Of a DNA stretch of 64,000 bases, positions 1-12,501 are shown one piece after another. The position numbers were made by a program, and so were the translations under genes. The DNA comes from Octopus sinensis (taxonomy: Eukaryota), in the NCBI RefSeq assembly GCF_006345805.1, contig NC_043005.1, forward strand, positions 58,032,001 to 58,096,000, read 5' to 3'. Every line of letters starts with the position of its first letter. Positions within the stretch are counted from its first letter, which is position 1. Under the pieces are notes generated by a model. That model made no database searches and was not told the origin of the DNA. It was given only the letters and a program-made list of their open reading frames with translations.

Positions 1-344
1 TGTGTGCAAACACACAAAACAAAAAGAGAAAAACATAAATATAAAAGCTTTCAACTTTAACACACTACTAATCCCATTTAAGTCACCCATTCGCCTGACA
101 TTACAGAATAGATCAACTAAAACTAATAAAGAGAAAGGAAAAAAAAAAACACGTTTTTCTTGAAAGTGAATTGAATTTTCCAACAATTAAAACAGCTTGT
201 GTCAGTCCTAATCTCTAGATTTATATAGTGTCGGATCACAAGACAAGATTTACACCTGTATGGAGAATAGGTCTATCACAGGTCAACTCAAATTACAGAC
301 AGATTTTTAACACGGTATAATCTTTTGAGGTTGAAAAGACTAAC

Positions 345-690
345 ACTAAGCTGTAGCCCCATGAATATTGGCACTCCATCAGTTAGGACGATGAGGGTTC
401 CAATTGATCCATTTGACCAAACAGCCTATTTGTGAAATTAACACGCAAGTGGCTGAGCACTCCACAGACATGTGTACCCTTAATGTAGTTTTCAGGTAGA
501 TTCAATATGACATAGGATGTGACAAGGTGGGCCCTTTGAAACAGAGGTACAACTCATTTTTGCCAGCTGAGTGAACTGGAGCAATGTGAAATAAAGTGTC
601 TTGCTGAAGGACACAACGAGCCACTGGGAATTGAACTCATGGCCTTATGAATGTGAGCCGAATACCCTAACCACAAAGTCACGTGCCTTC
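345..690 (-). mobile_element. tRNA-derived SINE (family B)
   Basis: Reverse strand has a tRNA-like head (GTGGTTAGGGTATTCGGC...GAGTTCAATTCC) followed by a body shared with copies at about 1475-1760, 4880-5070, 31510-31700, 32110-32350 and 55880-56060. Boundaries approximate. Confidence 0.75.
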
Positions 691-1474
691 ATGAATAAGA
701 TGAGAAGAGGAACACTGACCCAATAGATAATAACCATGTTGCTTATCTGAAACAAAAATTCTTGCTCTCAAATTCAAAATTTTTTTCTCCTCATAACCAC
801 ATCAGCATGCACTGTTTATGGAGATCAGTAGTTCACAAAGTGGGTAGTACAGAACCATTGGGGGGTGGGGGTGGAAAGATCGAGGGGAGGGGCATTGAGA
901 AAAAATGGGGTGATAATGGGGTAACCAAAAGGGTGGGCAATAGATGTAAAAAAAAAAGATAATAGGTTAACTAGCTTAAGTAGTTAAGTTTTATTTGCAA
1001 AATACGGTTGTTTTGAATTTGTTGTTGAAAGTGGTTGGTGTTTATGGTGGTAAGTGGAGTGGGGGGACACTAGGAACGTGGCCTGGGTGCCAAGTGGGTG
1101 GCAGTCTGTAAAAGTTTGGGAACCACCAATGTAGATGTTCCAGGTAGCAATAAGTTTCCATTTAGTCATTTAATAATGCTCAATGTCATCAGTCAACAAA
1201 TCTCCCACAAGAAAACAACTTATGATCATCATCATCATCAATTTAATGTCTACTGTTCTATGTTTGTTTGGGTTAAATGAGATTCCTTGAGGCAGATTTT
1301 TCCATGGTTGGATGCTCTTCTTGTTGCAAGCTAACCCTTGCCTGCTCCCAAGCATGGTAGAATTTTACCTCAGTTCAGACATGATTTCATAGAAGACTGC
1401 AAAACAAATGACATTGCTGTATGATGGTGATATTTGTCAACAGCCTGTGTGCTGTACCAACACACACACACACA

Positions 1475-1760
1475 CACTGGAACTCCTTTGATCAAGGGTT
1501 CCAGTTGATAAGATCAACAGAACAACCTGCTCGTGAAATTAATGTTCAAGTGGTTGAGCATTCCACAGACACACGCACCCTTAACATAGTTATCAGGGAG
1601 ATTCAGCATGACACAAAATGTGATAAGGTTGGCCCTTTTGAGATACAAATACAACTCATTTTAAAATAAAGTGTCTTGCTTATGGGACACAGCCGGGAAG
1701 CAAACTCATGGCCTTATGACTGTGAATCATATACTCTAACCACTAAGCCATGCACCTTCT
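1475..1760 (-). mobile_element. tRNA-derived SINE (family B), second copy
   Basis: Clear similarity to 345-690 (gaaattaa...caagtggttgagca.tccacagaca, ggccctttgag, aaagtgtcttgct). Confidence 0.75.
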
Positions 1761-1965
1761 CACATACAAAAACAAGCTTCAAAGTGTGGTGCCCCAGTAT
1801 GACCACAGTACAATGACTAAACCAAATGAAAAATAGAAGATGCAAAGTAGAAGAATTCGTATGTGACAATCCAATTTTGAAAAAAATAAAAAGTTTTGAA
1901 TGGTACAACAATGCACTATAATACAGACAATAGACTATATACCTGTTGTAATTTCGTCACCCATA

Positions 1966-2006
1966 GTCTGATGATATTTCGGAATAATATTCCTTCTTCA
2001 GATATT
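1966..2006 (-). ncRNA. Degenerate hammerhead-like motif (PLE terminal repeat remnant)
   Basis: Minus strand reads aatat CTGAAGA A GGAAT-att-ATTCC GAAA TAT C atcag. Core and stem II are intact, but stem I pairs for only 2 bp. Same family as 41764-41805. Confidence 0.4.
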
Positions 2007-2147
2007 CTTAGACGGAGTTGCTGTTATGTCTGTATTATAGTGCATTGTTGTACAATTCAAAACTTTTTATTCTTTACAAACAATACACAAGGCTTCAAGC
2101 AAATTATAACACTCTTCAATTTTGAAAATCCCACTTTCACAATTTTT

Positions 2148-2310
2148 GGCATGGCTGTGTGGTTAGGGAGCTTGCTTCCTAGCTACATGGTTTCGGGTTC
2201 AGTCCCACTGTGTGGCACTTTGGGTAGGTGTCTTTCACTATAGCCTCAAGCCGACCGGAGCTTTGTGATTGAATTCGGTAGGTGGAAGTTACTGCCGTGT
2301 GTGTATGTGT
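2148..2310 (+). mobile_element. tRNA-derived SINE family A (probable Meta-domain SINE), 5' part
   Basis: ggcatggctgtgtggtt...ggttcagtcccactgtgtggcactttggg...actatagcctc..gccgacc; same family as 8836-9230 and many other copies. Confidence 0.75.
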
Positions 2311-2403
2311 ACGTATAGCTGCTCAGTGCCTCTCCGAAAGAGAGAGAGAGGGAGTCTATGTATATATATATATATACTACATAATGTTGTGGTGATTACT
2401 TAC

Positions 2404-2514
2404 CTCGTTATCAAAAATAGGGTTGGCTTCATTATATCCAGAGTATAAATCATCTTCATCTTCACCAGCTAAATGAATCTGATCCAGGATACCGAGGCGA
2501 TTATAATTAGACAT
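2404..2514 (-). CDS. IFT88: Intraflagellar transport protein 88 (polaris/Tg737), first coding exon (37 codons, phase 0); gene continues below position 2404
   Basis: Translates to MSNYNRLGILDQIHLAGEDEDDLYSGYNEANPIFDNE, matching the remembered IFT88 N-terminus (VHLAPETDEDDLYSGYNDYNPIYD). Acceptor ttttgtttcctatttcag precedes exon start 2520; ATG at 2514-2512; donor GAG|GTAAGT at 2404/2403. No further IFT88 exon found in 1-2400. Confidence 0.92.
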
Positions 2515-2676
2515 TAGGGGCTGAAATAGGAAACAAAACAGATTCAGTTGTAGGAAAAAAGTGCAATAAGACAAAATAATAATTGTTTACTGAGAAACAT
2601 TCTGGGTTCAATATCATGCCTACATATAAATATACATGTAATCCGTCTTAAAATAACAATTGGGCATTTATTCATG

Positions 2677-3062
2677 ACTAGCAGTAACGCCCGGCGTTGC
2701 TCGGGTTTGTAACGGAAATAACTATAAAGCATTTTTAGAGAGTTATAGCCAAAAAATAGCAAAAAAATGGAAAAAAAATTATGGCAAATTTTTTTTTGTG
2801 AGTTAAAAAGTCGAGTTGCGTTCCCTAGACAGTCTGTGGTTTGTGTTTCTGATTCTCGACCCCATGTCGACTTTATCGATTTTTTTCAGAACTGGGGGAA
2901 CTTTTCAAAATTTTCACTGCATTAGTTTTGAATTATGACATTGGGCTATGTGTGTGTCAAGTTTCATCAGAATCGGTTGAAAGCCGTGGTCAGGGTGAGG
3001 GTACAACCTAACAGACACACAGACACGCAGACAGACAAACTGCCGTTTATATAGAGAGAGAT
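2677..3062 (+). mobile_element. Non-autonomous Helitron/Helentron-like element (HINE/DINE-type)
   Basis: Starts ACTAGCAGTAACGCCCGGCGTTGCTCGGG (hairpin-forming subterminal motif), contains AAGTTTCATCAGAATCGGTTGAAA, and ends in (ACAG)n plus TTTATATAGAGAG, the usual architecture of this class. Confidence 0.65.
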
Positions 3063-3434
3063 GTGACATTTAGTTGTTAAAGATTGTTACACCAAAGAAG
3101 TAAGGACCTTTAACATTTTAGCATTTAAACCGATCATATCAGGCCAAATTACTCCACCCATTTTATGCTCAAACTGGCCAGGTCTGGCCTCTCCCATCTA
3201 TCCTATAATGTCATTCTACAAATAAACAGTCACATCATCAAAATCTCAAAGCAACAAGATAATGCTTGATTAATTCAAAACAATATGGATTAATAAGTAT
3301 TACATTTGACAGAGTAATCTGAATATTAGAGGGTTAAGAATATGCAACCCCCTTTAACAACCAGCCATTATTGAGACATAAATTCCTTAGCTAAAGTAAG
3401 CAGTTTTTTGGTTTTGCAGCCATAGAATCAATAA

Positions 3435-4620
3435 CTAGAGAGGCCATGAAGTACAGAGATTCCACTGACACAAAGGTAGCAGGAACTGACATTGAAGTTT
3501 GCACAGACAGGAAGTGGAGTGCTTCCAAACAGTTGTAGGTCGCAGAGGAATGGTTGAGACGGAATGTTCTGGTTGGGACTGTGGTAATAGGCCACTCACT
3601 CTTGAGTTACTTCCCAACCCACCAGACTGGAAGCATTAAAGGGAAAGAGCAACAACATTTCTTCCAAGAAGAAATCTGCATGGTTATAGAAGAAACAACG
3701 GCTAGAGCGGTGGAGGGACCCAGCCAACAAGAAGCTTGGACAAGGTGGACCAATATACAGCAATGGAAAATCAGCTGATCAGATCTCTGGTGGACTGACA
3801 TCAAGCATATTAGATTTCTAATCCAGGCAGCAAAATTTTACACATGGGGCAGGAATGAAACACAATTCTGTCCCTTGAGTATTGAAAAGGTGCCTCTTCA
3901 AGATCTCTTCAGCAGCTGCCCCAGATCTTTGGCTGGTGTCTGCTACCATTGGTGGCATGACAAGACACACAACATGATTCTGGAGATGGTAATGACAGCT
4001 ATACAGTCAAGTAAACATCTCCCCAGAGTAAACATCACTTTTCTCAGAGCCAAAGAGAAATTAAGTTCATTGAAACTTCAAGTGACCATCACGCCTACTT
4101 TCCACAGTGCTAGACGGGCAACTGAGAATGGATATTGTGGAATGTTTTGAAGTTCCCAAGCTGCATAGTGCCAACAACACTCCACCCAAACATAGTGATT
4201 TTCTCAAACGCCACTAAAAAAGGTGGTCATGTGGGAATTGACTGTGCCCTGGGAAGAACACATGAAGGAAACTCATGAGAGGAAGCTTGCCAAATGCAAG
4301 GAATTGGTAGAGCAGTGCAGAAATTGGGGCTGACAGGCATTTTATGAGACCATAGAAGTACGTTATTGGGGTATTGTGGGGGTTCATTCTGCAGAAACTC
4401 TGACTGGGCTTCAAGATACTGATGCAGCAAAGAGGAGGGCAATAGATTCCATCCCTGAAGCTGCAGAGAAGGCCTCTAGGGCAGAGCAATAGTTTCCTAC
4501 TATGGGATGCAAGCTGGAGCTCGGTCGACCCTGGCTGAGTCAGCTGGATGAGCAGGTCTGATGTTGAAAAATTTGAAGCCCTTTGAGATCCCAGAAACAT
4601 CACTAGCGATGCAGCCCAGA
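3435..4620 (+). mobile_element. Decayed RLE-type non-LTR retrotransposon (R2 group, Hero/NeSL-like), 3' part of ORF
   Basis: Frame-broken segments YRDSTDTKVAGTDIEVCTDRKW, PSQQEAWTRW...KISxSDLW, and the restriction-like endonuclease segment ELTVPWEEHMKETHERKLAKCKELVEQC...ETIEV...EAAEKAS. Confidence 0.85.
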
Positions 4621-5649
4621 GTAAACGTGAAATGTATGTCAAGTGGTTGGCATTAGGAAAGGCATCCAGATGTAGAAACCAAGCCAAAGCAGACATAGAA
4701 CCTGGTAGAATGCCCTTGGTCTTCTGTTCTAGTTAAACTATCCCTCATTTAATGCCCTGGAAAAAAGACGTTAAATGATGATGTTGATAAATGTGTACAT
4801 CTACATAGGTTTATATTCTTTTACTTGCTTCAGTCATTTGACTGTGGCCATGCTGGAGCACTGCTTTTAGTCAAACAAATTGTTTGACTAAAAGAGTGTG
4901 ACAAGACTGGCTATTTGCAATCAAAGTACAACTAATTTTCAGGAGCTGACTGGACTAGAACAACATGAAATGTGTCTTGTTTGAGGACTCAATACCCCAT
5001 CAGGAATCAAACTCATGACTTAATGATCATGAGCGAAATACCCAAACCACTAAGCCATGCATCTTCACTCTGGCCTGAATTAAGCCAATGGTTTGTTTCT
5101 CCTCATTTCACATGTGACTTCAATCACAATTTCAACACTTTAAATCAAGTATGTTAACATCAACCGCATTATATAATGAAGAGTTTCATAGACTGTCCTT
5201 TGCACTGAGGTACTAATTTACATCAAGGTGAACTTGGAGAAGAGCTTAGTCAACAGCTAAATGGAAGCAACTGCAATATTCTTTGGATTTTCAGTAAACA
5301 AAATATTTATTCAAATTTTCATGTCTTTTAAATTTTATAACAGACACCAAAGAATTATATGTTCAATTCCTACTTGTAGGCTCCAAATCACCATCATTTT
5401 AACATCCATTTTTGTATACTTGCATGGGACAAACATTGTTTATTGAGGCAGATTTTCTAAAACCAGATATCCTTCCTGTCACCAACCCCCACCAGTTTCC
5501 AAGCATGATAATATTCCCCATGGCTTGACATGTTCTTCACAAAAGAATGTAAATAAACAAAGTCATTTGTATGGCAGTGATGTTCATTTAAAAGTATCAC
5601 ATGACATCAAGCAAGGAGACACTAACATGCACACTCGCTCATACACACA

Positions 5650-6240
5650 CATCGTCATCATCATCATTGTTTAACGTCCGCTTCCCATGCTAGCATGGGT
5701 TGGACGATTTTGACTGAGGGCTGGCAAACCAGATGGCTGCACCAGATGCCAATCTTGATTTGCCAGGGTTTCTACAGCTGGATGCCCTCCCTAACATCAA
5801 CCACTCAGAGAGTGCAGTGGGTGCTTTTTACGTGCCACAGGCACGGGGGCCAGTCAGGCGGTACTGGCAATAACCTCGCTCAAATCTTTTTACACATGCC
5901 ACCAGTACAGGTGCCAGTAAGGTGACGTTGGTAACGATCACGCTCGAATGGTGCCCTTTTATGTGCCACTGGCACGGAAGCCAGTTGGCTGCTCTGGCAA
6001 CGATCACACTCAGATGGTGCTCTTGGAACCCTACTAACACAGGCACAGGTGCCAGTAAGGCGACGCTGGTAACGATCACACTCGAATGGTGCCTTTTATG
6101 TACCACTAGCATGGAAGCTGGTTAGCCGTTCTGTCAATGATCACGCTCGTATGGTGCTCTTTGCACCCCGCTAGTACAGGTGCCAGACATCGAATGTGAT
6201 TTTGATTTCACTTGCCCCAACAGGTCTTTGCAAGCAGAGT
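5650..6240 (-). mobile_element. RTE-related (GAT)n-tailed repeat (family D) with internal tandem subrepeats
   Basis: catcatcat-tgtttaacgtccgcttcccatgctagcatgggttggacg...ggatgccctccctaac; internal repeats of gtgccagtaaggcgacgctggtaacgatcac. Other copies near 18445, 20190, 22500, 23720, 24945, 34365, 34840, 36790, 41970, 46225, 50815, 53090 and 53575. Confidence 0.75.
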
Positions 6241-7822
6241 TTAGTGTCCAATAAGCATCTTTAAGTTTCTGTCAACCAAATTCACATACAAGGCTTTGGT
6301 CAGTGGAAAGCAATAGCAGAAGACACTTGTCCAAGCTACACTGCAGTGGGACTGAACCCAGAATCATGCGGTTGGTAAGCAAACTTCTTACCATACAGGC
6401 ATGCCTGCATCTCTAAATATCAATAGAAATTGATACCAAGATATTTGAGTCAATCACTTATGAATAATTGAAAATATTCAGAGACTTTCCAATATTTACT
6501 GTCTGACCATTATGACATTATGACCTTAGATATTTGTGAAATCATTGAATTTGTCATCACTAAAAGCTAGCTGTGTCTATCACTTGTATTCATATCTTCT
6601 CAATTAATAAGTCAAAGAGAACACTGGCATAATTCTCGTTTTCTTTGAAACGGCTTCTCAAATATCTGAACTGAAATTACAGACACAAATAAAGTAGAAA
6701 ATGTTAATTATTAAATTAATTGTTGTTTATTGTTAACCTAGCCCTGATTATGGTTGGAAAAAAATGTTTGGAGCCCACAAAAATGATTGGTCTAGACTAC
6801 AACCTGAAAGGTTAAATTCCATTAAAGTAATCAAGTATAGTCTGCTCTCTCGGTAGATTGAATAGGTATACTGTTCAGAAGTTTAATGGTCTTGCTATCC
6901 CACTGCCCTAAACTGGTACTTTATTAACCCCAAATAGTTGAAAGACAAAGTTGACCTCAGAGGGATTTTAACTTGGAGTACAAAGGTCAGAATAAATACC
7001 ACAAGATATCTTATCCTATAGTCTAACACCTCTGCTAGACTACAGCAGGATTTGAACTTAAAATACAAAGTTGAACATGTATAAACAAAGCAACCTATTT
7101 TGGTACTCTAATGATTCTGCCAGCCCACCATCCTAAACTGGCACTTTATTTATCAACCTTGAAAGGATGAAAAAGTCGACCGTGGTGGTATCCAAATTCA
7201 GAATGTAAAGGCCCAAAATAGCACAAAGTATTTCATCCAACACTTTAATGCTTAAATCAATTAATCAATTCTCTGCTTAAAAGTCAACATTCATCATCAT
7301 CATTTTTATGTTTACTTTCTCTGGAGGCAACAGTTGGATGAGTCCTCAAGGCTTAAATCATTTCTTATTGGGAGTCACTGCTCTCATAGAGAGATGCTTG
7401 TGTATGTCATTCTGCTTGGTCTCTCTATGTTTTGATACCCTGCCCAGTACTCCTAATAAACTGCTTCTCTCATTATGTAAGAAATTAGCAATCAACAAAA
7501 CAATACCATTTACTCAGAACAAAGAATAGGTACACAAGGTGCAGCAAGGTTTTTGGTACACAAAAGCAATCACTTATGAGGTAGCAAATGTACAGAAGTA
7601 GTTATCAGTTAGAATGCCCATGAAATGAAATCCCTAAGCTGTTTCAGACAGCTCACTTGAGGAAAACAAGTAGTTTCTGTAACTTAGGCCACATAGTTAA
7701 CTAATGCAGGAAGTGGTTGGAGGGAAAGTACAGTATTTTCATTCCTGTTACCAACCCTCACCTATTTTGAAGCAAGATAATATTTCCTTATGGCCAAACA
7801 TGTTTCCACAGAATATTGGAAA

Positions 7823-7852
<30 letters not shown>

Positions 7853-7858
<6 letters not shown>

Positions 7859-8072
7859 GGAGTACTGAAAAGTTCCTGGCTTTGGGTAAAAGAAAATACA
7901 GGAGGATCAGCTAATTATGATTATATTCAACATTTTCCCCTCTCAGATTCACACATAATGCAGCAGTCCTTCAGTTTTTCTCAGCTCTGTAAAAGATCGA
8001 GGAAGGTTGAGCCTCCAACTAGGCCTTTCATGATACCCTTAAAGATAAGAACCTTTCAGCACCTTTCATGTA
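7853..8072 (-). mobile_element. mariner-derived MITE
   Basis: TA-flanked TIRs tgaaggagtactgaaaagttcctggc / aagaacctttcagcacctttca; same family as 56339-56560 and 56579-56800. Confidence 0.8.
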
Positions 8073-8835
8073 TACATATATATATATTTATATTTCGTTT
8101 TTGGATTTGGTTTGCAAGATTCTTTATGAGTTCGTGTGTTGAAGCATATTCTGTTGTGTCTGGGGAGAGTAATTTTCTTTTTGTGCCTTATAATTTAACA
8201 CACTCACCGGTAAAATTTCCACTTATTCCTTATTTTTATTTTCCTAAAATTTTTGCAACCTTTTCAATAGTCTTGACTATATATACACACAAACACACAC
8301 ACACACACTTGATGAGCTGCTGTTGTCAGTTTTTGTCTACCAAATCTACTCACAAGGCTTTGATAGAACTTTTGGTTATAGTAGAAGATACTTGTCCAAG
8401 GTGGTGCCTAGCAGAAGCCAATGGTAGGAAGCAAACTTAAAAACGTTTCCCTTAAAAGTAAAAAAAAAAAAAAATGCAAATGTAATGCCATCCCTAGATT
8501 ATTCAGCTCTTTGAGTTGGGTCCTGACATGTTACCAGTGGATCCAAACACACAAATGAAAAATGCTGAAATATAAATTATTTCTAAAGCTAATGTTACCA
8601 TAGGATCCTGTTTGTTAGTGAGAGTATGCCACAATCCCTAAGCCACTCATGATTTAGTTCAATTTCCATGATGTCATGTCAAAGGTTCCACTCCCTTATT
8701 TTTCTTTGACCTCATGAACAAATACACTGCTGAATAACTTTTGGACTTTCTCAAACCAGAAACTGTTAACTGTTTTACAAGAGGGGCTTGGAAAGTAACA
8801 CCAAACTGACATTTCCTATTTTTATTTGTAGGTCC

Positions 8836-9230
8836 AGGTGTGGCTGTGTGGTAAGAAGCTTGCTTCCCAACCACATGATTCTGGGTTCAATCACACTGTG
8901 TAGCAACTTGGGCAAGTGTTTTCTACTACAGCCTTGGGCCAAGCGAAGCCTTGAGAGTGGATTTCATAGATGGTAACTGAAAGAAGCCCGTCGTATGTAT
9001 ACATATACATGTATATTTATGTGTGTCTGTGTTTGTCTCCCCCACCACTGCTTGACAACCGATGTTGGTGTGTTTATGTCCCTGTAACTTAGCGGTTCGG
9101 CAAAGGAAACCGTTAGAATAAGTATGAGGCTTACAAAGAATAAGTCCTAATGTCAATTTCTTATACTAAAACTCTTAAAGGAGGTACTCCAGCATGGCCG
9201 CAATCAAATGACTTAAACGTGTAAAAGAAT
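8836..9230 (+). mobile_element. SINE family A, near full length (a second 3' half follows at 9315-9498)
   Basis: tRNA-like head, gccttgagagtggatttcatagatggtaactgaaagaagcccgtcg, internal (TA/TG)n, 3' tail aagtaaaaga. Confidence 0.85.
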
Positions 9231-9740
9231 AAAAGAAAACTCTTATGGGAAAGTGGATGAATAATTTTCTTACACCTGTTCGAAGTGGCCCACAACCCTT
9301 ACCTCTGATCTTCACATTCGCTTGACAACCGATGCTGGTGTGTTTACGTCCCCGTAACTTAGCGGTTCGGCAAAAGAGACCGATAGAACAAGTACTAGGC
9401 TTACAAAGAATAAGTCCTGGGGTCGATTTGCTCGGCTAAAGGCGGTGCTCCAACATGGCCACAGTCAAATGACTGAAACAAGTAAAAGAGTAAAAGAGGG
9501 CCGTTCTAAAATTGACCATGGTGGGATTTTAAATTAGAATGCAAAGGGCCGTATATGAATACCGCAAGGCACATTGTCCGACACCCTAACAATTCTGACA
9601 ATACACCGCTTTTTTTTACTTCCAAGTGTTTACTCACACAAGCACACATACATAACATAGTTCTTCACAACACTACTTATTTTACTTTCTCTCTCGCGCG
9701 CGCGTAGATAATCAATCGTCCGCCACGTTTGACGCTACTC

Positions 9741-9754
9741 GTGTCCTTGGTAAC
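9741..9754. promoter_or_regulatory. RFX X-box-like motif in a CpG-rich putative promoter (about 9690-9760)
   Basis: GTGTCCTTGGTAAC (reverse complement GTTACCAAGGACAC) has one perfect GGTAAC half-site. It lies in a local CpG cluster (cgcgcgcgcg, cgtccgccacgtttgacgc) upstream of IFT88, a known class of RFX target. Confidence 0.55.
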
Positions 9755-9759
9755 AACGA

Positions 9760-9994
9760 TAAACAGTTGACAGTATTTGGAAATAAAGTTAGTAGTAGAG
9801 AATAATAAGTATAATATACGATCAAAGACTTTATTAATAATAAAATAGACAGAGACTTTTTTTTTATGCTATCGGATTATTGTAAAAAGTGCATTTCTTC
9901 GTAAATAAATAAACTTTGAAAATATAATTTAGTGGACATGCTAAACGTTCCCAAAGCGAAACAGCATAAACGTTAAACGCGTGCTTCGAGGTAG
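9760..9994 (+). other. Putative non-coding first exon of an unidentified divergent gene
   Basis: Tandem donors GAG|GTAGGT (9990/9991) and TAG|GTAAGT (9994/9995) just downstream of the X-box; the only ATG gives a 12-codon ORF (9938-9976). Start coordinate is a guess. Confidence 0.35.
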
Positions 9995-10823
9995 GTAAGT
10001 GTTACGTGCCCAAACGTGTAACTAAAACATCTTTTACTTCCAAAAAGCAGTGAATGAAAACATTGGCTTACACAACTAGATGATACACAGAAGGGAACTT
10101 GTAAGTTAAAACTACGTATTGGGGTGGAAAAATGTGAAGTAAATTCTCATGTTACAATAAAACATAGACGTAAATAGGTTTATAAAGAAGAAGAAGAAGA
10201 TAAAATGGGGGGGGGAGTTTTATGTTCTCGATTGGTTGTGAAGAAGGAAAAAGGCTTTGAAAGTGAAATATAAGAATCAATCGATTTTGCTGCTATTTCT
10301 AGCGTGTCTATCGAGTACAGAGAGGCTCCCACGCTGTCCTGCCCAGTTCTATATTTCTCATGCAGTCTCGGATGATTCTCTATTTCTTTCAAAACAATAA
10401 TTACATAATTACACATAATTGTGATATAATGAAGAAACTTCTCTGTTACTGCTCGACTTGCTCAAAACAATAGCCAAACATGACTCAAATCACACTCTGC
10501 CTACAAAGAATGGGGATCGACATATTACATAACCAATCGCAGATATATGAAGACTTGATTAAATATAAGGCAGGATGGTCACGGCTGGACCACTTTTCAA
10601 CATTAATTCAACTCTATCTGGACTATCCTGGTGCCAAACAACAACGTATGTGTGTATGTATTATGTATGTATGTACGTATGTATGTATGACTGGATGCAT
10701 GTATGTATGTAATATTAGCAAAACTTAATACCTACCCTGAAAGTGGTAAAATTACTTCAAGAAAACTTCAGGCGTCTTTCAGTGAAATTGGCATTACCCA
10801 GAATTCTATAGTGTACCGGAACT

Positions 10824-10837
10824 GCTACCATGACAAC
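10824..10837. promoter_or_regulatory. Second X-box match
   Basis: GCTACCATGACAAC fits RYYNYY-AT-RRNRAC; a minus-strand donor (AGG|GTAGGT, exon end 10736) lies about 90 bp away. Confidence 0.45.
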
Positions 10838-10984
10838 ATACAAGCTACTAACGTTTGTTTTCGTTCTGTTGTTTACATTTGTAAAGTTTATCGCTAGGAT
10901 GGGCTGAGGGATTAGTCAGGGGTTAATGAAAACGATAAGAAAGATAAAATAAAATTATATATGAATACGAAATAATATATTACA

Positions 10985-11340
10985 ATATATATATATTCTT
11001 TCATTCTTTGACTGCGGCGGATGCTGGAGCACCGCCTCAAAGGGTTTTAGTTGAAGAAATCGACCCCAGGACTTGTTATTCGTAAGCCTAGTACTTATTC
11101 TATCGGTCTCTTTGCCGAACCTACAAGTTACGGGAACATAAACACAGCATCGTCGGTGGTCAAGAGATGGTGGGGAGGACAAACACACATATACGGCAGG
11201 CTTCTTTAAGTTTCTGTCTATGACAAGGCTTTGGTCGGCCCAAAGCTATAGTAGGAGACATTTGCCCGAGGTGTCACATAGTGGGACTGAACCCGGAACC
11301 ATGTGGCTGAGAAACAAGCTTCTTACCACAACCACTCCTG
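10985..11340 (-). mobile_element. SINE family A
   Basis: Reverse-complement match to 8836-9230 across head, central domain and tail. Confidence 0.85.
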
Positions 11341-11400
11341 TATGTATGTGTGTGTGGAGAGAGAGAGAGAGAGAGAGAGAGAAAGAAACGTCGTAAATGT

Positions 11401-11575
11401 TTTATATATATATATATAATTATAACAATGAGGGTCTTTGCAACAAGTTGCTATTCATTGTTATAATTAGATATAATTTTACCGAATATGGTCCTTTTCC
11501 ATACCGAAAGACTACTTGGTGAAATTTGTTGATTTTATTAAATTAATTATATTTCACCCTTTATCTGTACTGACT
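11401..11575 (+). mobile_element. Diverged relative of the 535 bp unit's 3' end, (TA)n-flanked
   Basis: Shares ACTTGGTG...ATTAAATTA...TCACCCTT in the same order as the array unit and ends at the same (TA)n; also has a hairpin tataattataacaatga/tcattgttataatta. Confidence 0.5.
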
Positions 11576-11874
11576 ATATATATATATATATATATATAAT
11601 TAATTAATAAGGGTGAGAGAATTAGATACTAATTCAATAGTATATCCATTCAACACCAAGTGGCCTAGTGCTCCGAGAAACCTGGATTATTATAATATTT
11701 TATAATATATTATAATATTTTTACAAAATAAATATAAGAGAGTGGTCACTATATGGCTCACTCTAGCACCAGTTAATCCAAAAGGTTTCAACCACTAAAA
11801 ATACATGTTTCCCATGAAAGTCAGTACGATTGTTAGCTCACACGGACAGGGCAAATAAAAAATAACAAAATACA

Positions 11875-11966
11875 GATTATTTTGGGACAATTGTTTCGCT
11901 ATTAATGAATTAAATGTAATTTTACTTACAAAAAAATCCACTTGTAGCTCATCGGCCAAAACTATC
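11875..11966 (-). ncRNA. Type I hammerhead ribozyme motif, array copy L1 (CCGAUGA core)
   Basis: Reverse complement of the motif described at 15274-15365, with C at core position 4. Confidence 0.75.
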
Positions 11967-12409
11967 TGGATGAAATCCACTCAATCACACGCCAGATTTT
12001 ACCATAACGATAAATACGCGTGTGGTTCAATTGATTACATCCGACGTTATAATTCAAATGCCCCAACTAACAGCGCGCCAAACTTTCACGGAAAACAAAT
12101 ACAGCATTTAGAAATAAATGCAGCATAATTATAATTAATTAATAAGGGTGAGAGAATTAGATACTAATTTAATAGTATATCCATTCAACACCAAGTGGCC
12201 TAGTGCTCCGAGAAACCTGGATTATTATAATATTTTATAATATATTATAATATTTTTACAAAATAAATATAAGAGAGTGGTCACTATATGGCTCACTCTA
12301 GCACCAGTTAATCCAAAAGGTTTCAACCACTAAAAATACATGTTTCCCATGAAAGTCAGTACGATTGTTAGCTCACACGGACAGGGCAAATAAAAAATAA
12401 CAAAATACA

Positions 12410-12501
12410 GATTATTTTGGGACAATTGTTTCGCTATTAATGAATTAAATGTAATTTTACTTACAAAAAAATCCACTTGTAGCTCATCGGCCAAAACTAT
12501 C
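12410..12501 (-). ncRNA. Type I hammerhead ribozyme motif, array copy L2 (CCGAUGA core)
   Basis: Same sequence as copy L1. A third left copy is truncated at the inversion point (12945-12971). Confidence 0.75.

Noticed and set aside
1140-1200. Minus-strand CTGATGA...GAAA spacing resembling a hammerhead
   Set aside because: No stem I pairing and no UH at the cleavage position; probably chance.
10180-10728. ORFs of 78 aa (minus) and 82 aa (plus) near the promoter
   Set aside because: No recognisable domain, no convincing splice context, and one runs into a microsatellite.
11475-11528. attttacc/ggtgaaat stem enclosing tatgg/ccata and GAAA
   Set aside because: The CUGANGA core is missing; at most a heavily decayed remnant.
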